Below are positions 50,301-63,770 of a DNA stretch of 64,000 nt, piece by piece; position 1 is the stretch's first letter, and each line of letters opens with the position of its first letter. A program made the position numbers and the translations under genes. The DNA lies in assembly GCA_013239625.1 (NCBI GenBank), contig MU054098.1, positions 620,001 through 684,000 of the forward strand, given 5' to 3'. Source of the stretch: Lama guanicoe. Taxonomy: Eukaryota. Under the pieces are notes generated by a model, which worked only from the letters and a program-made list of their open reading frames with translations, did no database searches and was not told the DNA's origin.

Positions 50301-52704
50301 AGACATTAAATTAGAGGATAAAAATAAAGAGGGAGGGCAGCAAAAAAAAAATGGAAAGAATAAGCAAAAGGGAAAATGTCAAGGGAATTATTTTGAGAAG
50401 GAACAGAATTTATACTATGCAGATTTGTCTGAAAGGAGATAGCTGGAGAACTTAGCAGCACTTCAGTAAAGTAGTGTGGAAAGGGAATGTAGTTGGATGA
50501 GGGGGGAGAAGAATACTGACCAGATGAGAGGAGGTGTTTGGTGAGGAAATGGACAATGTTCAAAAGGTTTTGTCCACACAGCAGAGGCAGATGCATACTA
50601 AATGTGTACTAAAGACAACTTCTTTAAAAGAAGGCATCATATAAGTGTACTTTCCAGGTAACTCTCTCCCTCTGTAGCTACATGCTGGATACAAAGTTGT
50701 TGGCTGATTGAAGGAAAGGAAAAGGGAGAGAATTGAAGAGATTTAAGGTGTGAAGCCAAAAAATCCTAACAATAAAGAAAGAGCTGAGGTTCTGCCCAAA
50801 TTTTGTTTGGGGAGGATAGAAGTCTACAACTTTATTGAACACCCTGGACATTTCCTTGCATTTTCTAAAGCTAACCATTTATAATTCATTTTTTAACCAT
50901 TACCTTTTCCATCTTTGACACTGAAGAATAATTGGTCATGTTTCAATCACATTTTCTATCCTCAAAGTGTTTCTTATTCTTTCTTTCTCAGACCTGGTCA
51001 AACATAATGCTGATGAGACTAAAAAAAAAAAAAACCGCCATTGTTTCTACCTGATGTTTTAACAAAATTTGGCGGGGGTGGTGGTGATATGGATTAACCC
51101 ATAAAAAGACACAGTTTATATCAGATCTCTGGAAATTCTGTGAGCTCATCATGATGACCCAGCAGACTGTCTTCTCTCATACTGAAGAGCTTATGTCTGA
51201 CATTGAATGTTTTTAAAAATTAGTGTATAGACAGTCGACTGAGATCATTCTTGTCTGACTTTTTATAATAAAGCATTTAAAAACTGAATAATAAAACAAG
51301 TGGAGATTTAATTTTTGTCAGTTTTCACTGTTCAGAAATTATGGACTCATAATTCAAAAATCATCCTTCTGGTTACTATAGCCACTGAGCTTTTAGCAGA
51401 TGGCTAAATCAAAAGTAAATTAGTCACAAATGTTCAAATTAGTTCTGGGAAGACTATGTTAATTTGGCACAGATTCACAACATTTTGAGGGGAAATCATT
51501 TAATTCAAAAATTGTCCTTAGGCTAATGAATATTACAGGAATTTTTTTTCCACTTCAAATGTACTGTAGAGATTTTCTAATAAAACATATAATTGTCATA
51601 TGAAAAATCCACCTTTGCCAACTATAGTCAAATCAGATAATAACTATTTATGATTTTAATGAAAAATCGCTAAGTTCTTCAGATATAATCAGTGTAATGA
51701 AAGACTTCCACCAGTCAGCTCAGGATTGCCAAGTGTGTTAAGCTCACTTAGAAATTTATTCTACAAAGTTAAATAAATGCAAAACTTCTACCTTCAAGTG
51801 TAAGTCTTAATTTCTTCTATAGCTCTGAATTCACCGAACTCCTAGGGCTGAAAAAATTAGGAGTGACCAAATGATACAGTCCTTTGCCTTCAGACAGGTC
51901 TATATTTAAGTCACTTCAAGACATTTGGTAATTGATATTCTTTAGGACAACCTCCAGGAAAGGCAATTTCACAACCTTCGAATGAATCTGCTTTGCCCCA
52001 AATGTTATTTTATGTTAGGCAAAAAGCCTCAAGCTATGAGTCTTCAGTGGGAATGATTAGTTCTTACTAAGTCAACTATCTATATCACAAGATAATACAA
52101 GACTAGCAACTTGCTTCCTGTGTCTTTCTTTGGCTTGCCTGAGCATCAGCGCTTCAGACACAGAACAGGATACTTCCTTATAACGTGCCGTTGAGAAATC
52201 TAATGGTTCTAAATATACAATGATATATACTGGGTGATTTTATAATTTCTTCTCTAAACTGAAACACTTTTGAAAGTGAAGGGTGGAGGCAGTGGGTATT
52301 AACTGGATGAGACTCTGGGTCTCTCTCCGATACTTCATTAGATCTGGTAACAAGATGATTATTCTATCTGAGTGCAGGTCTAGTGTCACTACTCCCTCAA
52401 GATAATGTAAGTGGTTGTTTAAACAAATTTAACTTTTCTTCCTGTACTTGGAATTAAAATGACACATGAAATATTTACTCCTTCCTTGTATTTACCAAAT
52501 GCTTCTGCTTGTGTTTTACCTATTTCATGAGTGATTACTATTTAATTTAGTGAGATGTAACAAGATAGTGAACTCCTAAAATCTACAGTATATAAAATCC
52601 TGTTTTTCACATCTAGACTTTATCTAGAATAAGATTTGAAAAACAAAATAGCTTCCAAATTGATAGAGTTAAAATAGCTATCAAAAATCAATCCATGGTA
52701 ATAG

Positions 52705-53261
52705 CATTGGGGCTCGGGTCAGGCTGCCCCCAAATATGCTTCAATGGCATATTGATTATTTTCAACTAGTTACTTAAGAAATGGCCAATGCAAGAGGGAC
52801 ACTCTGACTCTCCTTTCTGTCTCCCTGAAAGCAGGAAATAAATATCACATGAAAGGTATGCTACCTACATCTAGAGGTAGAAGGACATCCTTATCAACAG
52901 AGACAGGGAATTCGGGCTGAAAATCCTGTATAAACAAGCCTGTCACTTTAATTTACTCCCTCAAGCTCAAGCTGTGTTTCCATTCTTCACTAATTAAGTA
53001 CCCAAAGTCTAAGTTTTTTTTTTTATCCTGCCAATTCCTTACTAATTTATTGTTTTTTTATTTTTGTTTTGTTGTTGTTTAGAAAGCATAAAAGCTGCCT
53101 ACTTTGGCCACTTCTTAGGTCTCATTTCTAAGAGACCTCAGAGCACACAAATTAAAATTTGTTTCTTTTTTTCTTGTTAATCTGTCTTGCATCAATTTTA
53201 TTATTAGTCCAGCCACAAGAGCTCAAGACGGGTAGAGGGGAAAATTTCCCCCTCCCTGACA
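52705..53261 (+). mobile_element. MER34-family ERV1 solo LTR
   Basis: TTGGGGCTC...CCCCCAAATATGC...GGCATATTGATTATTTT..., ATTAAA near 53151, ends GGTAGAGGGGAAAATTTCCCCCTCCCTGACA; TSD ATAG/GTAG; similar to 26470-27042. Confidence 0.82.
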
Positions 53262-53504
53262 GTAGTAACAGACCTGAAGAGCATCTGTCTTAGTGGGTAG
53301 AGTGCCCAGCAATTTGAAGCTGCTTGCTCCATAGATCATAGCAGAACTATCCCTGAATTATCTCAGCATAAGTATCCACACTGCAGAGTAAATTGAAGGC
53401 TTTGACACAGGGGAGCTCACGAGCAAACCATGTGCTAAATCTCTGGGTTGGAGACCAATTCCGACTGATTTGCAAGACTGAAAACTCCGTAGAATAGTAC
53501 TTTC

Positions 53505-53745
53505 ATGAATTCAAATATTTATTGATTGTCTATTATGTGCTAGGCACCATGCCAGATGCTGGGCAGAGTAGCAAACAAGGTAGACCAGGTCCCTGCTCTC
53601 AAGGAGCTTGCAGTTTAGTAGGAGATACAGACAATAAACATTTAAACAAATAAGTAAGATAATTTCAGATAGTCAGAATTGCTATGAATAAAATGACATG
53701 GCGTAATGGGATAATGAGTGATTGGGGGAAATACTGTAGATGGAC
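53505..53745 (-). mobile_element. L2 LINE 3' fragment
   Basis: ATTCAAATATTTATTGATTGTCTATTATGTGCTAGGCACCATGCCAG...CCCTGCTCTCAAGGAGCTTGCAGTTTAGT is the antisense L2 end. Confidence 0.85.
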
Positions 53746-53798
53746 CTATGTATGTAGCCATAGTTTGAGGCTAGATATTTTAAAATATTATAATATAC

Positions 53799-54211
53799 TG
53801 TGAAGGAAAAACCGGGCTGGTCTAACAAGATAACTCACAAATCTAAGTATTGGAATACTGATCTGAGTTCTGCTGGACTAACTTGTAAATCTAGGTTAAT
53901 TAGTGTTGGTTTGCTGTTCATGTTTTTTTGCTAGCCAGCTGGGTTTTCAAAGATACATATCTGGCTTTGGATGTTGGTTTGTTGCCTCTCCGCCTCCACT
54001 TTTGTGATGATAATGCTGCTAAAGCTGTTCCATGCCTATTGGCCGAATACCCCAAGCTTGTACTTTACCCTATAAAACCTCATGCGCACGTCTTGGAGGT
54101 GCTCAGAGCTTCGGAGCAGAAGCCCCTCTGAGCCCGCCGGTGTAATACAGCTGAGTACTCCAACCCTCCGAGTGGTGCTTGTTTCTTGACTGGCCTGTCG
54201 TTTCCGTAACA
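53799..54211 (+). mobile_element. Relatively young ERV1-type solo LTR (413 bp)
   Basis: TG...CA ends with imperfect terminal inverted repeat (TGTGAAGGAAA / TTTCCGTAACA); perfect 4-bp TSD ATAC (53795-53798, 54212-54215); ATTGG at 54038; TATAAAA at 54071; AATACA at 54144; many retained CpGs. Confidence 0.85.
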
Positions 54212-54555
54212 ATACCAATAATATTAGCCCACATTTGCTGGTTGCCCTCAATCAAAATAAAAATTGCAGCCCTTTTATACTGGTAAGTTAAGCACATAAT
54301 AACATCGGTGGTGGGAACAGTTCAAAACTTTCTGTTAGTATGATTTTGATTATGCAAACTAGAGGGGAAAAACTTCTTGATCCTTTGCTAAGATACTTGA
54401 AATTCAATTCAGCTGCAAACTAAAATGTGTTCCCACTTACATTTACATTGGTGTCTCCTTCCCCCATAAGCAACTCCCACTTCCCATTCATTAGGTTCAG
54501 AGATCACAAACTCTTGTCTTTATAGCAGGCCCTTCTGGCTGTAGAGGATTCCAGC

Positions 54556-54665
54556 TGAGTCATGAAAAGCGAAAAGTTCAATCAGTTGCCCAGATGTATT
54601 TACTGCCAAATAACGGGGTACTTGGATACATCTGGACAGCCGAATGAACTCTTAACTTCTCATCT
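54556..54665 (-). ncRNA. MIR1298: pre-miR-1298 hairpin (5p 54627-54648 UUCAUUCGGCUGUCCAGAUGUA; 3p 54576-54596 CAUCUGGGCAACUGAUUGAAC)
   Basis: 5p arm identical to miR-1298-5p as recalled; complementary 3p arm; flanks match the recalled precursor; sense to HTR2C in the 5'-UTR intron. Confidence 0.95.
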
Positions 54666-55009
54666 TTCCAACAGCTCTTGACTTCACAGCTTCAGAATCA
54701 CCTATATAAAGGGAAGAGGAACAAAGAGACGAAAAGCCACTTTGGAGTGGAAGGATCAGTCTCTTGCTGGTTCTGTGGTCCCATCTAAAGAAAAAGCAAC
54801 TCCTACTATTGTTTTATAACATTATTATACAATGCATATGAATCATTAAAATTGAGCACTACCTTTAAATAATAGATTAATCATGTGAAAATAAAATATA
54901 TCACAAATGCAAAAAATTGAGTTGAAATCAAAATTAATTGTATAATTAATAACTTATATAATGCATAATTCCTCCTAGTGTCATTCAATCCCCTAAATGT
55001 TAAATATGT

Positions 55010-55190
55010 GAGGTACAGCAAAAAGGACACTAGTCTGGGAGGTAGGAGACCTAGCTTCTAGTCCTGATTTTATCACTTAGTTAATGTGTGATGTAAGATA
55101 AATCACTGAACCAATTTAGGCCTCAGTTTTTTCATCTATGACATGAAAGGGTTGTGATAAAGGATCTCCATCCCTTCTGGCTCCAAAATG
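55010..55190 (+). mobile_element. MIR3/MIR fragment
   Basis: GGAGGTAGGAGACCTAGCTTCTAGTCC...GGCCTCAGTTTTTTCATCTATGA...CCCTTCTGGCTC. Confidence 0.7.
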
Positions 55191-56041
55191 CTGGAGGTTT
55201 TCTTCATACATGTTTGACATTATTCTATGCTCTTTTACAAATAAGATACTTCTAAATACTAAATTTGGTTAAAATTAGATTCCACTTCTTGTTATTGCCA
55301 ATTAAATGTAGGATATGACATTCATCAGAGAAAGCCTCTTGATTTGGAAGGAGTATGAAGGTGAGTTTTACCTTGAGTATTCTCATCATGCAGCCTGCAT
55401 GTCCCACAAATTAATGTGCATCTATTCTGTCCCATCTCTTCCTTTTGCTTCCTTAAATGAATCCTAAAATGCATGTCTCATCCTCAAAGAGTTGGGACAC
55501 TACACAGACTGACAAAAATTTTAAAACAAAATTATTTGTGATTTTCTGATTTAAAAAAAAAATCCATGCTTAGAAGACTTAACAGAAAAGTGAAGTATAA
55601 GAAGTAATGGCCAGTTTTGCGGTTTTCTAAAGCTTCACCTATGCTTTAGTGGTTTAATGCTCAAGTAAAACCTGTTCGCTGCTTTGTGTACTCTTTTATC
55701 TTTTTATTCATTTATGGAAGAAAAATAGTACTTCAGTTTGACAACTTTGAAAATACTCTGTTTCTTGCACCAGTTCTGTGAACTTTATATCAGATAGTAT
55801 CAATATTTAGAGAAACAGATCTGCCTATTTTATAACTCCTCTGGGTGAGATTAAAGCTAAAATATCAGATCACAAATGACATGTAATATGTTTTCACATT
55901 ATTTTCCTAACTAGATGCTTGAAGAATTCTGCTAAATACCCTCCCAGACTACCTCCGGTACAACTCAATTTAGAAAAATAAAATCTGTCAAGAAGTTCAA
56001 ACCAACATAAATCTTCAAATCCTTTTGCTCATGATTTCAAA

Positions 56042-56042
<1 letters not shown>

Positions 56043-56076
<34 letters not shown>
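56043..56076 (+). repeat. (TG)17 microsatellite
   Basis: Read directly. Confidence 0.95.
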
Positions 56077-56079
<3 letters not shown>

Positions 56080-56529
56080 ATGTTGGGTGTGAGGAGTGAA
56101 AAGAAAGGTGTTCTGCATATACAAATTTTATCGGCCTCTAAAGCATCACAATTTCACAAACTGAAATCATTTTGTGATGATTCAAAGCCCCTTTGAGTGG
56201 CTAAATATTTTCATTCATATTTTTCAAGCAGGAGAATTAACCTACCTAATATTAAAAAACCTATGAAATATTGACCACTGCAAGTTTGGCAAAAAGAAGC
56301 AATTTATGAAACAACAGATGCTTCATAACAGTGGCACCTGTTTTTACATCTCATTGAAAGTTGATTCTATATATAGGCAGTCACGACCATCCCACCCACT
56401 CGTGCGCAGTAGAGACATACTCAGATTCATAGTATAATGTAGACCAACTGTAGGCAATTTTGCTAAAATATCACCATATTATTCTACAGTTCCATCCAAA
56501 GTTAAAGTAAATTTAAGAAGAAAAGTATA

Positions 56530-56860
56530 AAAAGAGATTTCTGACACAATTGAGAAAATGTGAATATGGACTGGGATATTAATTAGATGGTACCAATGGA
56601 TTATTCTTAAAATTGTTAGGTGTGGTAACTGCATCATAATTATGTAAGAATATACTCACAATTTCAGAAATGCACACTGAAGTAAAGAAAAATGACTTAA
56701 AATAATTCAACAAAGCGAGTGGGAAAGACAGAGAAAGTGATAGATGAATCAAGCACTGAAAAATCTTAACAATTATTAAGTCTGGGTGATGGGTATATGC
56801 AGGGTCTTTAGACTATTGTCTCTACTACTGTGTATGTTTGAAAGTTTTTCAAAAAAAACC
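56530..56860 (+). mobile_element. L1ME-like 3' UTR fragment
   Basis: ACAATTGAGAAAATGTGAATATGGACTGG...TCTGGGTGATGGGTATATG...TGTATGTTTGAAAG. Confidence 0.7.
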
Positions 56861-58284
56861 ATAGCTACAAATGAGATATGCTTTCAGGTTGTATAGCATG
56901 AAAATATTTAGTTTTCTCAAAGATGGCAGACCTCACTGTTTTATGCCCAGTCCAGTTTTTATTTTTAGCACAGTAACGTGCCACCAGTCCAGTCATTAAA
57001 AACAAAAACAAGCAGAACACAAAACATTATTTTAACCATCTCCTAAAATGATAAAGACAATGTTTTTTTTTCCCCTAGGAAAGAACTGATCTTTTTAGAT
57101 ACTGTAAAATTATATAGGCATATTTCTTCTTTGATGGCTTTCTTCCTAGTGATATGATAGTGTATTTGAGAAAAGTAGTCCTTGACCGAACCACATTTCC
57201 AATACCAATTCATTAAAGTCTTTTCATCAGTACACCCTCTCCACTTAACAACAGCTTACAACAACTTGAATTTGAATCTAAGCTCTCGAGGGAGACACAG
57301 TAATCATGATTCACTAAATACAGGGCATAGCTCTAATTTGGTAAAGGTCTTAAAAATCTTGTAGGACAACAACATGATCATTTAGAGGAAGGTAATTGTA
57401 AATCAGATTTTCTGACAGCTTCAGATGCAGTATGCATATTACAATATTTAAATTTACTATGAATTTCTCTTGTAGCTGTAAATTCAAAATTAGTTCCATC
57501 ATGCATGACTGGCTGTAATTTTTAATATCAGTGACTACATAAGTTGAAAATTTGCATTGACTAAATATGTTCATTTCTCACCAGAAATCTCTGTTCACTC
57601 AGCAAATTTATAAAGGAAAATATATTTGGTGCAAATCATCACTGAGGTATGGTGTGACTCCTGTGCCTCATATGTGATTTTATAGACCTTCAAATTTATG
57701 CTGGGAAATAGGTTAATGAGAGTACTTAATTTTTTTTTTCTCATTTCAGGAGCTCAATATTTCATATCACAGAAATGGCATTTAAATAATGCTTTACTTT
57801 TCCAAACTGCATATGATGCTGACTAAATTATGCATTTGTTTAACAAAAATATATTATATGCATCAACATGAACATTTGTTCTTCTTTAAGTAGTAAATCA
57901 TAGGTGGTATTGTTACTTCTATTGCTACATTTCAAAAACTGTCACAAGGTGTCACCTTCTTATTTCATAAATAACAATTTCTAGGTTAAAGTTATAGGGC
58001 TCTATTTTGTTTTCCAAAATGCAGGTACCGTGCTAATTAAACAAAATGCACAAACATTTAATGACCACCTACTGCATGCCAGGCACTACGATAATTAGTT
58101 TCACCCAATTTAAGTTCCACAACTCATTTTACAGAAACAGAAATTGCTAGGGTCAAAGAGTTTAAGCAGTTCCTCTAGTAAATAGCAAGTCAAGATACTA
58201 AAAGAACACTTTGGGGATTTAAAAAACCAGCACATTTAGAAAGACAATGTAGGCACAGAGCTGATGTGCTCAGCAGGGCATTGT

Positions 58285-58400
58285 TCACTTATTCAACACA
58301 TGTATTTAATGCCTAGTATGTGCTTGGCAATATTCTAGACACTTGGGATGCAATAGTGAATAAAGCAAAGACCCCCGCATGTGTAGAGATTACATTAGTG
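58285..58400 (-). mobile_element. L2 3' terminus
   Basis: TTCACTTATTCAACACATGTATTTAATGCCTAGTATGTGCTTGGCAATATTCTAGACACTTGGGAT. Confidence 0.75.
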
Positions 58401-58630
58401 TTCTTTCCATTGACTATCTGTTATTTTTTGGTGGAGAATATATGATAAAGTAAATTGGTATAATTTCTACATGTTTTCAAGATTTTAATCTTCTTTTCAC
58501 CTCTTCTATAGATAAAGGAATAAAAGTTATGCAAGCTACTTTTGGCAAATTACCTCCATCCTTAAGGTTACTGAAGAACATATTTGTGATTTTGTATTTA
58601 CTGCTGTTCTCTATTGAAATTTAATTTTTT

Positions 58631-58647
58631 CCCGCCATCTGTTGGTA
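58631..58647 (-). promoter_or_regulatory. Candidate CTCF binding site
   Basis: Reverse complement ACCAACAGATGGCGGG resembles the CTCF core. Motif only. Confidence 0.35.
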
Positions 58648-59939
58648 TTGGGGTTCTGAAGTAAAATCAGTTGTTACTGCATTACTTGTTATTGTAAGAA
58701 AGATTCCTTGAGTTTCAAAATCTTATTTTAAATTACTAAAATATTTTGGTCCAAATTAAAACCATCTGTATAGAAAAGCAGCTTAAAAAAAAAAAGAAAG
58801 CCAAAGATAGAAGAGTTGGCAATACAGTGCCTCCATAGCCAATCATATTACATCACATATATATACGTTTGAAAAATTTGACAGCTTCCACAGAACACCT
58901 GCTACTCAGAGAAAGCCAGGAATTATTCTAAATGGTCATTACAATTAACTTGCCAAAAACTGAGACATTACATTCATAAAACAAGTACCCAGCTCTTGCC
59001 AATGTTTGTGGAAACTTACTCATCAGCTTCCCACATAACTTTTGGCTTGATACTTTGCATCTGGCAGTAGAGAAGCTCTCAGTATAGGACTCTCTAAAGT
59101 TCATGTCACTGGATCTATCATTGGGGTATACCCTGGGAAGTGTTACTATTTAAGTCACCATCTGTCATCCTAAGATATGTAGCGAGAAGAATAAAAAATT
59201 TTCTTGATGTGTAATCCCTGCAGACATTTCTCAACATGATACAAGTATGGAAAAGGGGATGCATAATAATTGTTTCCATTTACTAATTTATTACTATAGG
59301 CCAAACACTATGGGAAATACTTCACATACTTTTTCTCATTTCATCTTTACCATGACAACAATGCAATACCAAACTTAAAAATACCGCATGTAGACAGTAA
59401 GTGGTAGAGCAGGATTCAATTTTGAAATTGTTCATGCCAAGGTCTCTGCTCTTTTGCTCTGTACCACTAGTCCTTACAGTGGTTCTTTGATTCCCAAATT
59501 GAACATTGTACCTATCAATCTCTATGTCTAATAAGTGTATTCTCATATATTGAAAGGGACGTTCGAAGACCATCCAACTTCCTGTTTTGACAGTTGAAGC
59601 AACTGATCCAGAAGAGATAAATGACTTGTCCAATGTCTTTATGTTAACTTTTATTGGTGCCAAGATTAAAAGCAAGTCTCCTATTCTCTTTCCAGTCCTT
59701 TGATTCTGAGCCTTAACTCCAGCAAAGGGCCTCTAAGAGTCACAGATGTTTAAAGTCTTACTAGTTTATGCATAACTCTTAGTGCCAGTGTCTCATATCT
59801 CCCCTTTAAGTAAAAGAAAATGAAAGAAATGTCATAGACTACACAATTAAATACAGTAGAAAGCTACTTTGGAATGCATTCCTGAACACCTCACTCTTCA
59901 AATATTCCAAAAAGAGGTAGTCAGGCAGAAAGGGATGTT

Positions 59940-60030
59940 GGAAAAAAGAAACAAGGAAAGAGAGGAAGAAGAAGAGAAGGCAAGAAGGGAGGGAGAGAGA
60001 AGGGGAACAGAAGGAAGAAGGGGAAAGAAA
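59940..60030 (+). repeat. GA-rich low-complexity purine tract
   Basis: About 90 nt almost entirely G/A; explains the E/R/K-rich ORF. Confidence 0.85.
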
Positions 60031-61053
60031 ATTGTTCTCAAATCTGTATTCCTTCCTGGATGTCTGGAAGCCCCACACGGCCGAGGTGTGCATACTGTTC
60101 CAGGGACTAACTCTGGCAGGAATAGCTGGCAGGGCTATTCTCAAACATAAGTTGTTTATGCAAAATTTTGTAAAATCTCACAGTTGCTTTCTTGAGCATT
60201 TAATTTACTCACAACAATAGCAAGGGAACAAAGTGATTTTTAGACACAATTAACACTTCCATGACTAGAATAAAAGTGTAAAGAAGGCAATTTTGTTCTG
60301 TTGGAAAACACGCTAGTTTATGTATTCAAACAAGTAGTATGAAGAAAATCCCACCAACTAATAGTCGTAGAGTCTCACTTTAATACAGTTTGTGCATTTA
60401 GCATAATTGACACAATTATAGGCAAAATAGAACTCCACTAGGAGGGTTTTAAATAGCAAGGAAGATTACTTTTAGTTTTGGTTCACTAGTATTAACCCAA
60501 GTGATTCACATGGTGGCACTGCCTTTGACCTTGACAAAACTGTTTAATTGTGCCAGTTGTTTTGAAAGCAGAGACTCCTTTAAAGCAGTAAAGTATTCAA
60601 TTATAGTTTAAGAGTTGCCAAATAATGCCTTCACCCTCTAGGTCACATAGTTATGTATGCATAGAAATTTTTCTGTCCATTTCACCTGAAGCTGAGTAAT
60701 ATTAACTAAAAATTTTGAGTCAGCTAACCAACTATTTGAGGACATCATGTCTCTAAACCTTTAATATGAGATGCATAAAATACTGGGATAAGCTGACTTA
60801 ATTGTTATTAAAGGAAGACAGAAGTATGTTGTATTTGAATGAGCACTGAATTTTGGGATCCAAAGATAGAAAGTTGAGTCCAACTTTTACTTCTGAACTT
60901 TATAACTTTGGGCAAGTCATTTAATCCTTCTGTGCCTTTCAAAATTTAATATATGGCTACAAAGATGATAAATGTGAAATTGCTCTATAAAATGCTAAAT
61001 GATCGGCAGATATTAAAATGAAGAGGTATATTAATTTAATAAGTGCATTTTCT

Positions 61054-61194
61054 TTTTCGTTGTTTTTTATTTTATTTTTTTTCCTGTTTTATTGAAGTAT
61101 AGCCAGTTTACAATGTGTCAATTTCTGATGTACAGTACAATGCTTCAGTCATATATGAACATACATATATTCATTTTCATATTCTTTTTCACCG
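61054..61194 (-). mobile_element. 5'-truncated L1 3' end with perfect 14-bp TSD
   Basis: Poly(T) plus TTTTATTGAAGTATAGCCAGTTTACAATGTGTCAATTTCTGATGTACAG; TSD TAAGTGCATTTTCT at 61040-61053 and 61195-61208. Confidence 0.9.
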
Positions 61195-63489
61195 TAAGTG
61201 CATTTTCTAAAATTAGTCAATAGAATCATCTAATTATTTTAAAACCATGGCCAGAGTAACATGATTAGGAACCAAACTATTTTGGTTAACATTGATTACT
61301 TTCCTCATATGCAACTCTAATAAAATGTATTCTTAATGAAACAACTCAAAATAAAAATTATTTCACCTAGATGTTTTTCTTTAAGTCTGTCTTTAAGGAC
61401 TGGGGGGCAAAAAGTTAGAAATGGTTATAATTTATTTAAACAGTCTCACCTTGAAAAAAAGGACAAAGTTGAAATCAGAAAGACTGAATTGACTGACTAG
61501 AATTGAAATCACCAGACTCTCCATGAACCTCAAATGACGAGATACATAAGCACTCTGAGAATTTACATGTGTACGGAAAGAGACACAGTCGCTCACTTAA
61601 GGCATGAACTGAAATATGGGAATAAATGGCCTGTCAAAAGGAGAAATTATTTCTTACAGTGACAAAATAGCTCTTTAGTAGCAGGGTCAGTATAAATACA
61701 TTCTCCAGTCAGCTTTATCCTCTTTATAACAGGCTGGATTGTGGTACCATTCTGAGCTGAAATCGATAGCTTTCGGCAATCCATTCAAGAAAAAAATGAA
61801 CAATCATGATGGTTTACTATAAAAGCACACACTTTCAAATTGATGGGCCTTCACTGCAGGTTTTTAAAGTGATGTTTAGATCTTCAGGCTTATAGTCCCA
61901 CTGAAACAATGCACTATTAGTACATCTTTATAAAAATGATAGATATGTTTTTAACCTAAATGTCCATAATAATATTTTGAGTAAGAATTCTTTTAAGAAG
62001 TTTTTTTAATCACTTCATCATTATTTAAGCAGACACGTAGTAAGCACTCAAAAATAGTTCTTGAGCTTTTTGAACTGAAGTCTTCAAGATAAAGAGTTCT
62101 TAGAGGTTTTTTTCTGAGTTAGGGTGGCTAGTTGGTAGTCATTGACAGTTTGTAATTGAAATATTTTTTGTTTTGTTTAGTTGTTTTTAATAAGCTCTAG
62201 AAAAAACAGCCTGGAGAAATATGAAAATCTTATATTTTTTAAAAAGACTGATCAATTACATTTTAATTTATTACCATCTAATTTTTTGTTTTATAAATTA
62301 TGCATGATTGTTTGGTTACTACTCTTCTCTCAATTGGATGGCCAAAAACTGTAGATTTCAGCAAAAATGGTACTATAATCAAACCTATTATAAAGAGATT
62401 GAAAAGCCAATTGGAGAGTATATTTATGCAAACCAATTTTTACAGATCATAGTTTTTTGTAGTTGTTGTTATGTCTTGAAATGAGCATAAAAGGGTCAAA
62501 TACCTGGGTTGTTTTTACTTTTAAGTTTAAAAAATTCAGGACAAGCAGGTGTAGAAAAAATGAGCATGTCCAATCTATTTAAAGTCTTTATATTGATTGA
62601 AAATCCATCAGCAAAATTCTTGAGGCTTTTATTTCAGCAGGGCATTTGTTATTCAAACAAAACAACAATAATAAAATGAAGAGCTGGTGAATTAAGGAAG
62701 GTGTATTATGTCCATCAAACTTTAGCACGTGACAGAATGCATTTTTTATTGACAAAGGCAGGCAGAATCACATGCCTTCACATCTATTCATAATGATCTG
62801 GAGTAGCATGTCAAGTCCATTTACACCCAGGCATAATTCATATTCCACTTGAAGGAATAATTCAATGCTTCATTATATTAGTTATATTATTATACAAGAA
62901 AAAGAATATGAATGAGTACAAAATCACCTGCCAGTATAAACTGCTAGAGTGAAATGAAGAGACACATTTATTATGCTCATATTATATATTCTTTCAGGTC
63001 TGTAGACTCATGCTTTCGTTGCCAAGAAATTCATAATTGAATCATAAGAAATGCAATAGACCAGTATCTGTGGCAGTAACCTTTGATGTTAATGAGGGAA
63101 CTGGCAGTCATATAAAGTCAGATGGATCACAGAAAATACAGTTTCAAGGAAGTAGATATTGGCTAGAAGCTTGATATTCCTTCTCTTCCTTCATGAAAAT
63201 TATATATATATATGAAAGAATTTTTTTAAATCAATATTTTCATTAAAAAGTTGTACAGGAAGACTTTGAAGCTATACCTTAAAGTAGTTGCCTTCTTTTT
63301 GCAATGACTGTAAAGGTCATTCACTTTAGCCTCGATACTGCCTGAGAAGAAGCTCACATGTACCTAAGTGTTAGCAGGGTCTCTAACAAAAAAACCACCT
63401 GATAAAGAAAAAAGAAAAGAATTCATACTCATATTCATCATTAATTTATTGCATAAGCCTTAACTGAGGGCCTCCTTAATTAATTAATG

Positions 63490-63770
63490 ATATTAATATA
63501 GTTAGTATTTTTTCTACTTGTAAGGCACTGTACTTAGGTGCCGGTGACACGGTGACAGGCAAAATAGACATGATCTTTTTTTACAAAAAGACACAGAAGT
63601 CTATCGTGCGTGACAGACTTTATATGAATAATCAAACCAATTTCATATCATTGGAGATTCTGATTGGAGCTAAGAAGGGAAAGGATAGGGTGCTAGGAGA
63701 GAGTTTAATTTAAATTCGTTGGTCAAATATAGCTTTCAAAAGAAGTAACAATTAACTGGGATCTGAAGGT
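63490..63770 (-). mobile_element. L2 fragment
   Basis: AAGGCACTGTACTTAGGTGCCGGTGACAC...AAAATAGACATG...CTGGGATCTGAAGG. Confidence 0.6.

Noticed and set aside
6717..60150. Other ORF-track ORFs (poly-Cys/Leu 6717-6947, 11996-12367, 15516-15860, 26489-26869, poly-Ile 34799-34984, E/R-rich 59869-60150)
   Set aside because: Explained by microsatellites, low complexity, LTR/L1 sequence or chance; no recognisable domains.
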